A stretch of 64,000 nt of DNA from Candidatus Forterrea multitransposorum CG_2015-17_Forterrea_25_41 (GTDB taxonomy: Archaea > Iainarchaeota > Iainarchaeia > Iainarchaeales > CSSED10-239): NCBI GenBank assembly GCA_009392915.1, contig CP045477.1:775633-839632 (forward strand). The letters are read 5' to 3'. A program made the position numbers and the translations under genes. Positions 49,123-59,652 of the stretch are shown piece after piece. The notes under the pieces were generated by a model. It made no database searches. It saw nothing but the letters and a program-made list of their open reading frames with translations, and was not told the DNA's origin. Position 1 is the first letter of the stretch. The number at the start of each line of letters is the position of its first letter.

Positions 49123-49392
49123 TTAACCATGTATTTTAGTATCTTTTGCTTGTTTGATTGGAGTCTTTGCAACATCCATTTTCTTTTCAAGCATTTCTTT
49201 TTCTTCTTGTGCTTTTCTAAGAGTTCTTGTCATGTAACCTGCCATTAAGTTAATAGTTAACTTAGATAAAGGAAGTTTCATGCCTTTTAAAAAATTTTTA
49301 TTAGTTTCAAATTCAATACCTACTTTGTCACTAAATTCTGTCATTATTATTTTTGCCTTTGCTTTTATGCTATTTGATACTGCTTTTCCCAT
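49123..49392 (-). CDS. rps17e: 30S ribosomal protein S17e (eS17)
   Basis: IKAKAKIIMTEFSDKVGIEFETNKNFLKGMKLPLSKLTINLMAGYMTRTLRK parallels eS17 [52 protein letters not shown]. Confidence 0.75.
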   Translation of the reverse strand: MGKAVSNSIKAKAKIIMTEFSDKVGIEFETNKNFLKGMKLPLSKLTINLMAGYMTRTLRKAQEEKEMLEKKMDVAKTPIKQAKDTKIHG

Positions 49393-49394
49393 AA

Positions 49395-49598
49395 TTAATT
49401 CACACTTATAATTTGTCTTTCTCCATTAACATCTCTAATTACTGCTAATGGTATTGTTTTTTTTAAATATTCTTTTTCTGCTAGAATGTATGCTGTATCT
49501 TCCTTTGTACTTCTTACTAAAGGAGGTGCACCATATGCTATTTGCTCTGCACGAGCAGATAATATTCTAGTTATTTCATATTTTGTTAATTTTTCCAT
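49395..49598 (-). CDS. rpo6: DNA-directed RNA polymerase subunit Rpo6 (K/omega)
   Basis: LTKYEITRILSARAEQIAYGAPPLV is the Rpb6/RpoK signature. Confidence 0.8.
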   Translation of the reverse strand: MEKLTKYEITRILSARAEQIAYGAPPLVRSTKEDTAYILAEKEYLKKTIPLAVIRDVNGERQIISVN

Positions 49599-49773
49599 AG
49601 ATTTTCATTTTTTAAAGTTTTTAAAAAATTAGATGTTTATAATATAATATATATCATAAATGCTTATAAATGTATTTTTTTTAAAGACTTTATGTTATTT
49701 TTATTTAAATGTTATTTTTTGTACAACCATAATGTTTTTATTATGTTTTAATATATAATTATATTGATTATAT

Positions 49774-50313
49774 ATGGCTGTTATAAAGAAAATAAATGAT
49801 TCAATAAGAGTAAAAATTTTATCTGCTATGACAAGAAAAGGAGCTGTTGTTCCAAATATTAGGCAGATTAAAAAAATTACTGGTTTTCATAGAGCTACAA
49901 TTAAATCTTCAATTGATTTTCTTGAAAATGAAAAATTTGTTTTAGGGTATCGTCCCTTATTAGATCCTTTAGTTGCTGGTTATAATTTAAAATCATCTTC
50001 TTATTTTCAAGTTGATCTTTCTTTAAAAGAAAAACAAAAAGAACTTCTTGATATTTTAAAAAAAGATAAAAATGTTTTATCAGCTTCACAAGTAATTTCT
50101 GATGGAGATTTTAATATTGCAATTTCTTTTCTTTCAAAAAATATTGAATCTTTTCATAATAGTTTAAGAGAAAAATATGTTTACAAAATACCGAACTATT
50201 ATGATTTTATAAAAAAATCTTCAAGTTATTATTTATCTTCTCCAATCTATAAAGATAAAAATGAAATTGATGTGTTAATTGATTTATTAAATGAAGAACA
50301 AGGAACTGAATAG
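49774..50313 (+). CDS. Winged-helix transcription regulator-like protein with C-terminal effector-like domain
   Basis: N-terminal HTH (IRVKILSAMTRKGAVVPNIRQIKKITGFHRATIKSSIDFLENEKFV). 179 aa. Confidence 0.35.
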   Translation: MAVIKKINDSIRVKILSAMTRKGAVVPNIRQIKKITGFHRATIKSSIDFLENEKFVLGYRPLLDPLVAGYNLKSSSYFQVDLSLKEKQKELLDILKKDKNVLSASQVISDGDFNIAISFLSKNIESFHNSLREKYVYKIPNYYDFIKKSSSYYLSSPIYKDKNEIDVLIDLLNEEQGTE

Positions 50314-50315
50314 AA

Positions 50316-51125
50316 ATGTCTGTTGAAATCAATTATACTTTATCTGCTGGAAGAAATGCAGAAAATAAGTATTTAGAACGAAATAAGTTTAAATCTAAAC
50401 TAGATGGTGCAAATAAAGCTATATTAATAACTAAACAAAAGATTGATTCTCAAGATAAAAAAATTATTGAAAAACAAAAAAATAAAATCAATGTTTTAAA
50501 AAAGACTGAGAAGAAAAAAGAATGGTATCATAAATTTAGATTTTTCTTTACAACTAATGGTTTCTTAGTATTAGGTGGAAAAGACACTAAAAATAATGAT
50601 TTCTTAATAAAAAAACATTTAAAAGAAAATGATCTTTATTTTCATGCTGATGTTCATGGAGCACCACATGTTATTTTAAAAAATGATTTAAAAAAAGAAA
50701 TTCTTGAAGAAGATAAAATAGAAGCCGCATGTTTTGCTTTAATTTTTTCTTCAGCTTGGAAAACAAAATCTTTTTCAGCAGAAGTTTATTCTGTTTCTCC
50801 TGATCAAGTTTCAAAAACTGCAAATACAGGTGAATCTTTAGGTTCAGGGGCTTTTGTTATAAGAGGAAAAAGAATATATTATAAAAAATTAAACTTAAAA
50901 TTAAAGTTAATTTATGATTCAAAGCTTGGTCTTTATCCTTTCCCAGTACTTTTAACTTATAATGATAATTTAAATAAAGATGAATTTTATTTAATTCCAG
51001 GTAGTTTAAAGAAATCAGATGTTTCAAAAGAAATTAAAAATTTATATTTTAAAAAAGGAATATCTTTATCTCAAGAAGAAATAGACTCTTCACTTCCTCC
51101 TGGATCTTTTGAATTAATTAAATAA
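50316..51125 (+). CDS. NFACT-R (DUF814) domain protein: stand-alone C-terminal module of an NEMF/Rqc2/FbpA-like factor
   Basis: WYHKFRFFFTTNGFLVLGGKDTKNNDFLIKKHLKENDLYFHADVHGAPHVIL matches the DUF814/NFACT-R consensus (W..fr.f.ssdG..i.vGrna.qNe.l........D.wfHa...GSHvil). Confidence 0.6.
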   Translation: MSVEINYTLSAGRNAENKYLERNKFKSKLDGANKAILITKQKIDSQDKKIIEKQKNKINVLKKTEKKKEWYHKFRFFFTTNGFLVLGGKDTKNNDFLIKKHLKENDLYFHADVHGAPHVILKNDLKKEILEEDKIEAACFALIFSSAWKTKSFSAEVYSVSPDQVSKTANTGESLGSGAFVIRGKRIYYKKLNLKLKLIYDSKLGLYPFPVLLTYNDNLNKDEFYLIPGSLKKSDVSKEIKNLYFKKGISLSQEEIDSSLPPGSFELIK

Positions 51126-51208
51126 CTATTAAAACACTTTGGTTCATAAATATATATATTATTTTATTAAACTTATTTTTTAAAAAAAATTTAACTTTGT
51201 GATAATTA

Positions 51209-53344
51209 ATGGTTGAAAAAAAACAAGACTCAATTAAACTAAAAGTACAAGAAGCTTCTGAAGATTTTGTAGGTAAAAACATAGTTAAGCTTGACATTAT
51301 GGTTAAGCAAAAGCTAAATATAATTTCAGGAGATATTATTTTAATTAAAGGTGATGATTTTACCGCTGCACAGGTTTGGCCTGAAAAAAATAAAGCTGGT
51401 GAAGAAAACATTATTAGAATGGATCAATACACTAGAAAAAATGCTAATGTATCTATTGGTGATTTTGTAACTATTAAAAAAATAGAACCTGTTGTTGCAA
51501 AAGAAATTGTTTTAGCACCTTTAAAAGAAGTTAATTTATTTTCTGAAAATCAAGATCTTATTATTAAAAAGAATTTTTTAGGTAGACCTTTTGTTAATGG
51601 TAACCATGTAATGATTAATATTTTTGGTTCAAATTATCTTTATGAAGTTACAAACACATCTCCTTCAAAAATAGTAATTCTTTCAGAAGAAACAAATCTT
51701 ATTATAAATAAAAAACCAGCTTCTAAAAAAGAAATTAAACAAATTATTGGTTATGAGGATGTTGGAGGGTTAAAACCTGAAATTGAAAAAATAAGAGAAA
51801 TGGTTGAGCTTCCTTTTAAATATCCTGAATTTTTTGAAAAATTAAATGTAACTCCTCCAAAAGGAATTTTACTTTATGGACCTCCAGGAACAGGAAAAAC
51901 TTTACTTGCAAAAGCTTTATCAAATGAACTTAAAGCAAACTTTATAGGTATTGATGCTCCACAAATAATGGCAAAGTTTGTAGGCGAAGCTGAAGAAAAA
52001 TTAAGAAATATTTTTAAAAAAGCACAAGCAAAAACACCTGCAATTATTTTCATAGATGAAATTGATGCAATTGCTCCTAAAAGAGATGGGTTTATTTCTG
52101 AAGTTGAAAAACGTGTTGTTGCACAACTTTTAGCACTTATGGATGGTACTTCTTCAAGAGGGGATGTAATTGTAATTGGTGCAACTAATAGACAAGATGA
52201 TATTGATCCAGCACTTAGAAGACCTGGAAGATTTGATAGAGAAATTGATGTTAATGTTCCAAATGAAGAAGGTAGACTTGATATTTTAAAAATACACACT
52301 AGAAATGTACCTTTAGTAAAAGATGTAAACTTAAAAAAAATAGCCCAAGTAACTCATGGTTTTGTAGGAGCTGATCTTTCTGCTTTAGTTAAAGAAGCTG
52401 CAATTATTGCAATTAAAAGTAAAATTTCTGATATTTCTTCTCCTAAAAAAGAAATTTCTTCAAAAATTTTAGAAAACTTAGCAATCTCTAAAGAAGATTT
52501 TGAAAAAGGTTTAAAAGTAGTTCAACCTTCTGCTTTAAGAGAAGTTTTTGTTGATCTTCCAAATATAAATTACTCTGATTTAGGAGCTTTAAAAGAACAA
52601 AAAGAAACTCTTTCTGAAATAATTAATCTTTCTCTTGAAAGAAAAAGTCTTTTACAAAAATATAATGTTAAAACCATTAAAAATATTTTAATTTATGGTC
52701 CTCCAGGAACTGGAAAAACTTCTTTTGTAAAAGCAACTGCAAAAGAACATGGTATTAATTTTTTATATGTTAAAGGTCCTGAAATCTTTAATAAATGGGT
52801 TGGAGAATCAGAAAAAACAATTAGACATATTTTTAAAAAAGCTAAATCTGTCGCTCCTTCAATTTTGTTTTTTGATGAAATAGATTCTCTTACTCAAAGA
52901 CATGATGATTCTATTGGAAACATAAAAGTTCTAGATCAACTTTTATCTGAACTTGATAATTTAGCTGGAAAAGATGTGTTGTTTATATGTGCTACAAATA
53001 GACCTGAAATTATAGATAAATCTTTTTTAAGAAGTGGAAGAATAGATAAATTTATGGAATTTAAACTTCCTACAAACAAAGAAAGAAAAGAAATATTATC
53101 CCTTCTTTTATCAAAAACTCCACATGAAAAAATAGATTTAGATGAGATTGTAAATCTTACAAATAATTTTTCTCCTGCAGATTTAAATCTTTTAATTACT
53201 GAATCTGTATTTTTAACTTTAAAAGAAAATAAGTATAAAGAATCTAAATTAACAAAAGAAGCTATCTTAAAAACTTATTCTAAATTAAAAAATAAAGTCT
53301 CACAAGGTCAAGTTCTTTCAGGAATATCTAAATATGTTAATTAA
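51209..53344 (+). CDS. cdc48: Cdc48/VCP-like AAA+ ATPase (two AAA domains)
   Basis: N-domain, D1 [13 protein letters not shown] with DEIDAI, D2 [13 protein letters not shown] with DEIDSL. Confidence 0.9.
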   Translation: MVEKKQDSIKLKVQEASEDFVGKNIVKLDIMVKQKLNIISGDIILIKGDDFTAAQVWPEKNKAGEENIIRMDQYTRKNANVSIGDFVTIKKIEPVVAKEIVLAPLKEVNLFSENQDLIIKKNFLGRPFVNGNHVMINIFGSNYLYEVTNTSPSKIVILSEETNLIINKKPASKKEIKQIIGYEDVGGLKPEIEKIREMVELPFKYPEFFEKLNVTPPKGILLYGPPGTGKTLLAKALSNELKANFIGIDAPQIMAKFVGEAEEKLRNIFKKAQAKTPAIIFIDEIDAIAPKRDGFISEVEKRVVAQLLALMDGTSSRGDVIVIGATNRQDDIDPALRRPGRFDREIDVNVPNEEGRLDILKIHTRNVPLVKDVNLKKIAQVTHGFVGADLSALVKEAAIIAIKSKISDISSPKKEISSKILENLAISKEDFEKGLKVVQPSALREVFVDLPNINYSDLGALKEQKETLSEIINLSLERKSLLQKYNVKTIKNILIYGPPGTGKTSFVKATAKEHGINFLYVKGPEIFNKWVGESEKTIRHIFKKAKSVAPSILFFDEIDSLTQRHDDSIGNIKVLDQLLSELDNLAGKDVLFICATNRPEIIDKSFLRSGRIDKFMEFKLPTNKERKEILSLLLSKTPHEKIDLDEIVNLTNNFSPADLNLLITESVFLTLKENKYKESKLTKEAILKTYSKLKNKVSQGQVLSGISKYVN

Positions 53345-54000
53345 ATTATTCCTGAAAATAACAAATATCCACCAATTGAGATTGCCATTAAGATTACCCA
53401 TAAAAAAGGGCTCCATAAAAATATAGCTTTTCCATCAAGTGGTCCGAATGGTAGTAAATTAAAAAAAGAAATCCATAAATTAATTAATATTCCTAAAGAT
53501 AAAATCATTCCAACAATTGTACTTTGAGTTGTAATTATACTTGCAAGTAAAACAAAGATTCCTGCTAAAATAATATTTGTGATTGGTCCTACAGCAGAAG
53601 TAATTCCATTTTCTTTAACAGAAAGTCTTTTTCCAAAAATATATACTGCTCCAGGAGCTACAAAAACAAAACCAAAAATAAATGCAAAAAAAACTGCAAA
53701 ATATAAAGGTCCATTCCATTTTACAAATTTTGCTTTTGCACCATAATATATTCCTGCATATTTGTGTGCAAGTTCATGTAAAATAAAAGCAGTTCCAGTT
53801 ACAACTAAGCTAACAACTAAAAATAATATGAAAGTAATTATTGAAAAATCATTAAAGTTTGAAAGATTAAATAAATTGTATCCTCCTAACACTAATGCAA
53901 AACATAAGGAAATTCCAAGCCAAGCTATAACTATATCTTTAATTTCACTTGTGTTTTTAGGTTTCATTTCAATTTTATCTTCAAAAAAATCTTCACTCAT
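53341..54000 (-). CDS. Site-2 protease (M50) family intramembrane metalloprotease
   Basis: HELAHKY (HExxH) in a TM helix and LLPFGPLDGKAIF (LDG motif). Polytopic. Confidence 0.6.
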   Translation of the reverse strand: MSEDFFEDKIEMKPKNTSEIKDIVIAWLGISLCFALVLGGYNLFNLSNFNDFSIITFILFLVVSLVVTGTAFILHELAHKYAGIYYGAKAKFVKWNGPLYFAVFFAFIFGFVFVAPGAVYIFGKRLSVKENGITSAVGPITNIILAGIFVLLASIITTQSTIVGMILSLGILINLWISFFNLLPFGPLDGKAIFLWSPFLWVILMAISIGGYLLFSGII

Positions 54001-54018
54001 ATTTATTTCACGTCTATT

Positions 54019-54768
54019 TTAGATATCTATTGTAGGAAACAGTTTTAAAAAGTTATTAATGATTTTTTCTTTTACTTTTTCTAAAGGCATATTATATTTC
54101 TTTGAAAAAACTTCATATGATTCTTTAATACTTTCAATAGTTGTTTCTTTTCCATTTTGCCATACAGGAAGATCTGTTTCAATAAATATTTGATCTAAAT
54201 GTTTTTCAATATTTTCAATCTTTGGTTTTGCAAATCTTTCGGTTAAAAAATATCCTCTAGATAAGGCTTCTTCAATTTCTTCTTTTTCAGCTGTAAACCA
54301 ATGAAGTATAGTTTTAACTTCTGGATATGATTTTAAAATTTCTAAACTTTCTTTAACAGCTCCTCTAGTATGTACTACTATTGGTTTTTTTAAAGTTGCT
54401 GCAATTTCAATTTGTTTTCTAAATAATTTTTCTTGTAATGAAATATTAAAAGGATTTTCTGTAATTTTTTTATCCATTCCAATTTCACCAATAACAAGTG
54501 CTTCACTAAAATCTATTTCTTCAAGATCTCGTTCTATTTTTTCAAAATCTTTTTTTAAAACATTATCAGGATATAATCCATATCCAAAATAAAGATTAGG
54601 TATATTTTCAGCTTTAATTTCAAGATATTTTCTATAATCTTCTATGTTTGTTGACTGTGCAATAGCTATTAACGGTTCATTTGTAAATTTTTGTTTGATA
54701 TCTTGAATAGTTATTTGATCATAATGACAATGCATGTCAAGATAATGCTTATATTTGTTTGTTTGCAT
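54019..54768 (-). CDS. tatD: TatD-family metal-dependent hydrolase
   Basis: N-terminal LDMHCHYD metal-binding motif, TIM-barrel length, GEIGMD. Confidence 0.55.
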   Translation of the reverse strand: MQTNKYKHYLDMHCHYDQITIQDIKQKFTNEPLIAIAQSTNIEDYRKYLEIKAENIPNLYFGYGLYPDNVLKKDFEKIERDLEEIDFSEALVIGEIGMDKKITENPFNISLQEKLFRKQIEIAATLKKPIVVHTRGAVKESLEILKSYPEVKTILHWFTAEKEEIEEALSRGYFLTERFAKPKIENIEKHLDQIFIETDLPVWQNGKETTIESIKESYEVFSKKYNMPLEKVKEKIINNFLKLFPTIDI

Positions 54769-54777
54769 ATATTATAT

Positions 54778-55368
54778 ATGGTTCAATTTAATTATAAAGA
54801 TTTTCTTTTAAATCTTTCAAAAGAGGTTTATCCTCCCTTAGAAGACACTTTTTTAATGTTAGATTCTTTAGAAAAAGAATTTGTTAAAAATGATAAATCT
54901 TTTTTAGAGATAGGTTCAGGTTCTGGAATAATTTCTTTAAAGGCAGCATCTTTTTTTAAAAAGATTACATCTATAGATATTGATGAAAATGTAATTAATC
55001 ATTTAAATTTACTTAAAGAAAAATATTCTTTAGACAACCAAATAATTATTCAATCAGATTTATTTTCTGCAATTGAAGATGAAAAATTTGATTGTATTGT
55101 TTTCAATCCTCCTTATGTACCTTCAGAACAAATTGAAGTTCTTTCAACTGATGGTGGAGAGGAAGGTAGTGAAATAATTTTAAGATTTATTTCTCAATTA
55201 CCTAATTTTTTAAAAAAGAATGGTGTCTGTTATCTTTTAGTTTCTTCTCATAATAATCTTGATGAAATTTATTTTGAATTGAAATTTAACAAATTGAAAT
55301 TTGAACCAGTTTCTGAAAAAAACATATTTTTTGAAAAATTAATTGTTTTAAAAATAAGTGATCAGTAA
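54778..55368 (+). CDS. HemK/Mtq2-like N5-glutamine (release factor) methyltransferase
   Basis: SAM-MTase fold: EIGSGSGIISL...IVFNPPYVPSE. The track ORF extends upstream to 54691, overlapping tatD; the ATG at 54778 is preferred. Confidence 0.55.
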   Translation: MVQFNYKDFLLNLSKEVYPPLEDTFLMLDSLEKEFVKNDKSFLEIGSGSGIISLKAASFFKKITSIDIDENVINHLNLLKEKYSLDNQIIIQSDLFSAIEDEKFDCIVFNPPYVPSEQIEVLSTDGGEEGSEIILRFISQLPNFLKKNGVCYLLVSSHNNLDEIYFELKFNKLKFEPVSEKNIFFEKLIVLKISDQ

Positions 55369-56477
55369 TGCCTGCAAACGTATCTTTTGAGTTTGCTTTA
55401 GCTCAAAAAAAATTTGATGAAGCTAGAAATGATGAAGAAAAGATAATTGCTCTACAAGAAATGATTTCTCGTGCTCCAGCTCATAAAGGGGGTGAAAACT
55501 TAAGAAAAGATCTTTCTAGAAAACTTGCTGCTCTAAAATCAAAAATGGAAAAGCAAGCTATAACTGCAGGAAAAAGAACTGGAAATACAATTAATATTAA
55601 AAAAGAGGGTGCTGGACAAATACTTATTTTTGGAGCTGCTAATTCAGGTAAAAGTACTTTTTTAACAGAATACACAAATTCTAAACCTTTGATTGCAGCA
55701 TACCCTTATACTACTAAAAAACCAGATGTTGGTATTTTAAATTACGGTGGTGCTTTAATACAATTAATAGAACTTCCTTCTTTTCTTGAAAGACATGAAC
55801 TTACTCCTCAAATTTTTTCTATGATTAGAGTTTGTGATGCATTAGTTTTATTAATAAAAGATGGATCTATTGATGAGTTAAAATATTTAATTTCTATTCT
55901 TGAAAAACAAGATGTTTTTGTTACAAAGAAAAAACCAAATATTCAAATTTCTAAAAGTGAATTTTCTGGAATTTCGTTTGTAAATGATCATTTTCTAAAA
56001 GTTCCAAAAGATCAAGCAATTGAAATTTTAAAATCTTCTGGTTTTAGAGCACATAATATAATTTTAAATCAAACCACTCATTTAGATGATTTAATGCTTT
56101 TAATTAATCCAAGAGCATCTTATAAATCAGTTATTGTTGTGTCTATGCCATTTACTAAATCTTTTAAAGATGTTTTTTATTATAAACAAATACCTATTTA
56201 TGATTTTTCTTTAAAACAAGAGGTTACATTAAAAATATTTGAAATTTTAGAAAGTGTAATTGTTTTTACGAAAAAACCTGGACAAAAAGTAGACAAAACA
56301 GAACCATTAGTAATAGATAAAGGTAATACTGTTTTAGATGCTGCAAAATTAATTCATAAAAACTTTTATAAACAATTAAAATCTGCAAAAGTATGGGGTT
56401 CTACAAAATACCCTGGACAAACAGTTTCTAAAAATTATGTTTTACAAAATAGAGATGTTGTAGAGTTTAATATTTAA
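55368..56477 (+). CDS. OBG/DRG-family GTPase with C-terminal TGS domain
   Basis: G1 GAANSGKST, G2 YPYTTKKP, and a C-terminal TGS-like segment (KVWGSTKYPGQTVSKNYVLQNRDVVEF). Start overlaps the upstream stop (TAATG). Confidence 0.55.
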   Translation: MPANVSFEFALAQKKFDEARNDEEKIIALQEMISRAPAHKGGENLRKDLSRKLAALKSKMEKQAITAGKRTGNTINIKKEGAGQILIFGAANSGKSTFLTEYTNSKPLIAAYPYTTKKPDVGILNYGGALIQLIELPSFLERHELTPQIFSMIRVCDALVLLIKDGSIDELKYLISILEKQDVFVTKKKPNIQISKSEFSGISFVNDHFLKVPKDQAIEILKSSGFRAHNIILNQTTHLDDLMLLINPRASYKSVIVVSMPFTKSFKDVFYYKQIPIYDFSLKQEVTLKIFEILESVIVFTKKPGQKVDKTEPLVIDKGNTVLDAAKLIHKNFYKQLKSAKVWGSTKYPGQTVSKNYVLQNRDVVEFNI

Positions 56478-57212
56478 TTATTTTTTCTTTTTAATTATTG
56501 TTTTTTTCTTTTCTTTTTTAAAGGAAATTGGTTTTTTATTTTTAAAATAAGTTTCTTTAATTTTTTCATAAAGTTCTTTTTTAAAAGCATATGCGTATTG
56601 TTTTACTTCTTGACTAATTTTTATATTTCCTTTTTCAAAATCTATTCTTTTAAAAATATTTGTAATTTTTCCATTCTGGTCTGATTTAAATGAATATACA
56701 TTAAGGTTTTGAGGATTTATAAATAACCAATTTCTTCCTTCAAGTCCTCCATATTCTCCAATTCTATCTTTTATAAAAACTCTTGTAAGTTTGCCATCAA
56801 TTTTTACTTTTGTAGTCTGTAAGGTATCTGATTTTAAGGCTCTTAAAAAACCTTTATATGTCTGGTTACAAGTTTGTTCAAATTGTAATGATTGAATATT
56901 ATTTTTAAGGAAAAATCCTTTGTCTAGATTTCTTAATTGAGAAATTGTACTTCTGTTTACATCTTTATTTCGGTATACTTTTACATAATTTGAAAGTAAA
57001 AGATCTCTTATAACTTCTCTTTTATTTTCAACATTATTGCCTTTTAAAACTCTAGAGGTTATTTCAATAATTTCTTTTTTTTGTTCTTTTGTAAAATTAT
57101 TTATAAAATCTTTAAAAATTTTACTTCTAGGCATTCCAATGTTAATTGTCATGGAATCATTTTTTTTTAAAAATATTAATTCTAAGATTTTATTAAATTC
57201 TGCATCTATCAT
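56478..57212 (-). CDS. Hypothetical protein with K-rich C-terminus
   Basis: ORF only. Confidence 0.25.
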   Translation of the reverse strand: MIDAEFNKILELIFLKKNDSMTINIGMPRSKIFKDFINNFTKEQKKEIIEITSRVLKGNNVENKREVIRDLLLSNYVKVYRNKDVNRSTISQLRNLDKGFFLKNNIQSLQFEQTCNQTYKGFLRALKSDTLQTTKVKIDGKLTRVFIKDRIGEYGGLEGRNWLFINPQNLNVYSFKSDQNGKITNIFKRIDFEKGNIKISQEVKQYAYAFKKELYEKIKETYFKNKKPISFKKEKKKTIIKKKK

Positions 57213-57315
57213 TGTTTTTCAAATTTTTGTAAGTCTATTATTAATATCTATTAAAAAGAAAGATATAAAAATAAAATGGTCTTATAAATTATTAAAAATT
57301 ATAAATATATTTTAT

Positions 57316-58191
57316 ATGGCTCCAAAAAAGAAAGAAAAAATAAGTTTTGAAGAAGAACTATATAGATTATTCTTGCCTTTTACAAAAAATATTCAGTCAG
57401 ATGATTTTGAAGAGGCATTAAGTCAAGCAGACATAACTGTAGATATAGATGTTTATTTTTCTAAAAATTTATTTTTTGCATTATTTATACTTTTTATGAT
57501 ATTAATTTTTGGAACTGTTGCAAGTAATTTAGTTCCAGATATTATAAGCTTAAAGTTAGTCGTAATTTTAGCATTATCTATTTTCATTGTATTTGTGGGA
57601 TATGCAGTTTTTAATCCTTATTTAATTATTGGAAATAAAGTTACAAGTATTAGGAATGCATTACCTTTAGCAATTATTGGAATGTCAAGTGTAGCTGAAT
57701 CAGGTGCACCTCCAATTGCAATTTTTTCAACAAAGACAATAAAAGATAAAAGTCAATATTTAGATAAAGAGTTTACAAAAATTACTTATTATGTTAATAA
57801 TTTAGGAATTTCACTTCTTGAAGCAATTGATATTTCTGCAAGAAAAACTCCTTCTTATGATCTTAAAAAGTTTTTACTAGATTTAAAATCAAATATTGAA
57901 GCTGGTGGATCTTTACCTGAATTTATGAAAAAAAAAGCAGAGCATGCAAGATTTCAATATAATCTTTTATTAAATAACCAAAATCAAAAAGCAGAAACTT
58001 TTGGTGATATTTATTCTGCAATTGTTGTTGCAGGTCCATTATTTTTATTTTCTGGTATTATGCTTTTAGGTATGGTTGGTGGTGGTGTTGCAGGTTTAAG
58101 TATAAACACTGTATTACAGATTGGAATATTTTTAATGGTTCCAATAATTAATATTTCATTTATAGCTGTTTTAAATTTAGTTAGTGGTTAG
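57316..58191 (+). CDS. Type II secretion system F-domain membrane protein (TadB/TadC/FlaJ-like pilus platform), copy 1
   Basis: One T2SSF-like cytoplasmic domain flanked by TM helices. Preferred start is the ATG at 57316 (MAPKKKEK), which avoids overlapping the opposite-strand gene. Confidence 0.5.
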   Translation: MAPKKKEKISFEEELYRLFLPFTKNIQSDDFEEALSQADITVDIDVYFSKNLFFALFILFMILIFGTVASNLVPDIISLKLVVILALSIFIVFVGYAVFNPYLIIGNKVTSIRNALPLAIIGMSSVAESGAPPIAIFSTKTIKDKSQYLDKEFTKITYYVNNLGISLLEAIDISARKTPSYDLKKFLLDLKSNIEAGGSLPEFMKKKAEHARFQYNLLLNNQNQKAETFGDIYSAIVVAGPLFLFSGIMLLGMVGGGVAGLSINTVLQIGIFLMVPIINISFIAVLNLVSG

Positions 58192-58198
58192 ATAAAAT

Positions 58199-59050
58199 AT
58201 GGATTTGAAAAAAGAATTTGGAATAACTCTTTCAGAAAAACAAAAGTTTTTCGTAGATTATGTTATTTATGGTTCTGTAGGTTCAATTGTTTTCTTTGTT
58301 TTATTAATGAATACTAAATTTTTAGTTTTTTCAATTTTTCCTTTACTTGCAGCTGTAGGTATTGCTGCAAGAATATACACTGCAAGAATTAAATCTTATG
58401 AAAGAAATCTATATGTGTTTTTAGATGATCTAAAAGATCTTCTTCAAGGTGGTATGAATATTGTAACTGCTATTGAAGTTGCATCTAGACACGATTATGG
58501 TCATTTAAATGCACCTATTAAAAGAATTGCAGCACAAATAAAGATTGGTGTTCCTTTTGATGTTGCTTTAAATGATGTTTTTGGAAATATTGATAGTGCA
58601 GTATTTGCACAAATTACACAAATCATTTCTGAAACTACAAAAGTTGGTGGAAATATAATTAAAATTTTCGCATCAATTTCAGATTATGTTAAAACAATTA
58701 ATGATATGGTAGAAGAAAGAAAATCTAAAACTTTTTCTACAGTTTTTTCAAGTTACTTTATGTTTTTTGTTTTTATTGCTATTATTTTAATTATACAAAT
58801 AGTTTTTTTGCCAATGCTTAGTGGTAGTACAGTTTCATTAACTGGAGAAGGAGCAACAAATGCATCTTCAATGTCTGATGTTAATTTTAATAAATACTTT
58901 TTATATTTAATTGTTATTCAAGGTTTATTTGCAGGTCCAACAATTGGTTTAATTTCCGAAAATAATTTTGTTGCAGGGATACGGCATTCAATTATTCTTG
59001 TAGGGGTTTCTGTTCCTATATATGTAATTGTTTCAGCAATTTTCTTATAA
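58199..59050 (+). CDS. Type II secretion system F-domain membrane protein (TadB/TadC/FlaJ-like pilus platform), copy 2
   Basis: T2SSF-like domain (NIVTAIEVASRHDYGHLNAPIKRIAAQIKIGVPFDVALNDVFG) and 3 TM helices. Lies 7 nt downstream of copy 1, in a different frame. Confidence 0.55.
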   Translation: MDLKKEFGITLSEKQKFFVDYVIYGSVGSIVFFVLLMNTKFLVFSIFPLLAAVGIAARIYTARIKSYERNLYVFLDDLKDLLQGGMNIVTAIEVASRHDYGHLNAPIKRIAAQIKIGVPFDVALNDVFGNIDSAVFAQITQIISETTKVGGNIIKIFASISDYVKTINDMVEERKSKTFSTVFSSYFMFFVFIAIILIIQIVFLPMLSGSTVSLTGEGATNASSMSDVNFNKYFLYLIVIQGLFAGPTIGLISENNFVAGIRHSIILVGVSVPIYVIVSAIFL

Positions 59051-59147
59051 TCTTAATTTGTATTTTAAAGAAGATAGGTTTATATATGTTATAGTTTATA
59101 TATTATTATAATTTAAGAAAAATATATATATATTAAAATGAAAAAAA

Positions 59148-59609
59148 ATGAAAAATAAAAAAGCATTATCTCCATTGATTGCAACCATTCTTTTAGTTGC
59201 TGTTGCTTTATCTTTAGCAGGGATATTATATTCTTGGTCTTCTCAAAATTTTAGAGATACCACAACAAGTGTTTCAGATACTTCTGCAGAATGGATTGAT
59301 TGTAGTAATGTTAATATATATATAGATTCTGGCTGTTCTTATACATCTTTAGATGGATTTGGAACTTTAATATTATTTGATAGATCTACAGTTGAAATTG
59401 ATCAAAATATTGTTTTAACAATTATTGATGCAGATGATGAGATTGCAAGTGTTGAAATTGAACCAAATTTTACTGGTAATGCAATGTCATTAGCTTCAAC
59501 TTTAAATGCTATTGATGGTATTAAAGGTCTTGCAACTCCTCTTAAGAGAGTACAAGCACATGTTAAAAATTGTCCTGATAGAGTATCATATATCTCTAGA
59601 TGTAGTTAA
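59148..59609 (+). CDS. Archaeal type IV pilin-like protein (class III signal peptide), paralogue 1
   Basis: MKNKKALSPLIATILLVAVALSLAGILYSW, four Cys (two predicted disulfides), ends RCS. Confidence 0.65.
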   Translation: MKNKKALSPLIATILLVAVALSLAGILYSWSSQNFRDTTTSVSDTSAEWIDCSNVNIYIDSGCSYTSLDGFGTLILFDRSTVEIDQNIVLTIIDADDEIASVEIEPNFTGNAMSLASTLNAIDGIKGLATPLKRVQAHVKNCPDRVSYISRCS

Positions 59610-59652
59610 TTTTTAAAAAAATTATAAATATGAAAATATAAGGTGATATAAA

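Noticed and set aside
58185-58205. Junction between the two T2SSF-domain ORFs interpreted as a frameshifted single flaJ gene (pseudogene)
   Set aside because: A clean TAG stop and an ATG 7 nt later in a different frame. Nothing in the sequence itself (such as a homopolymer run at the junction) points to an error, so they are reported as two genes with the frameshift alternative flagged.
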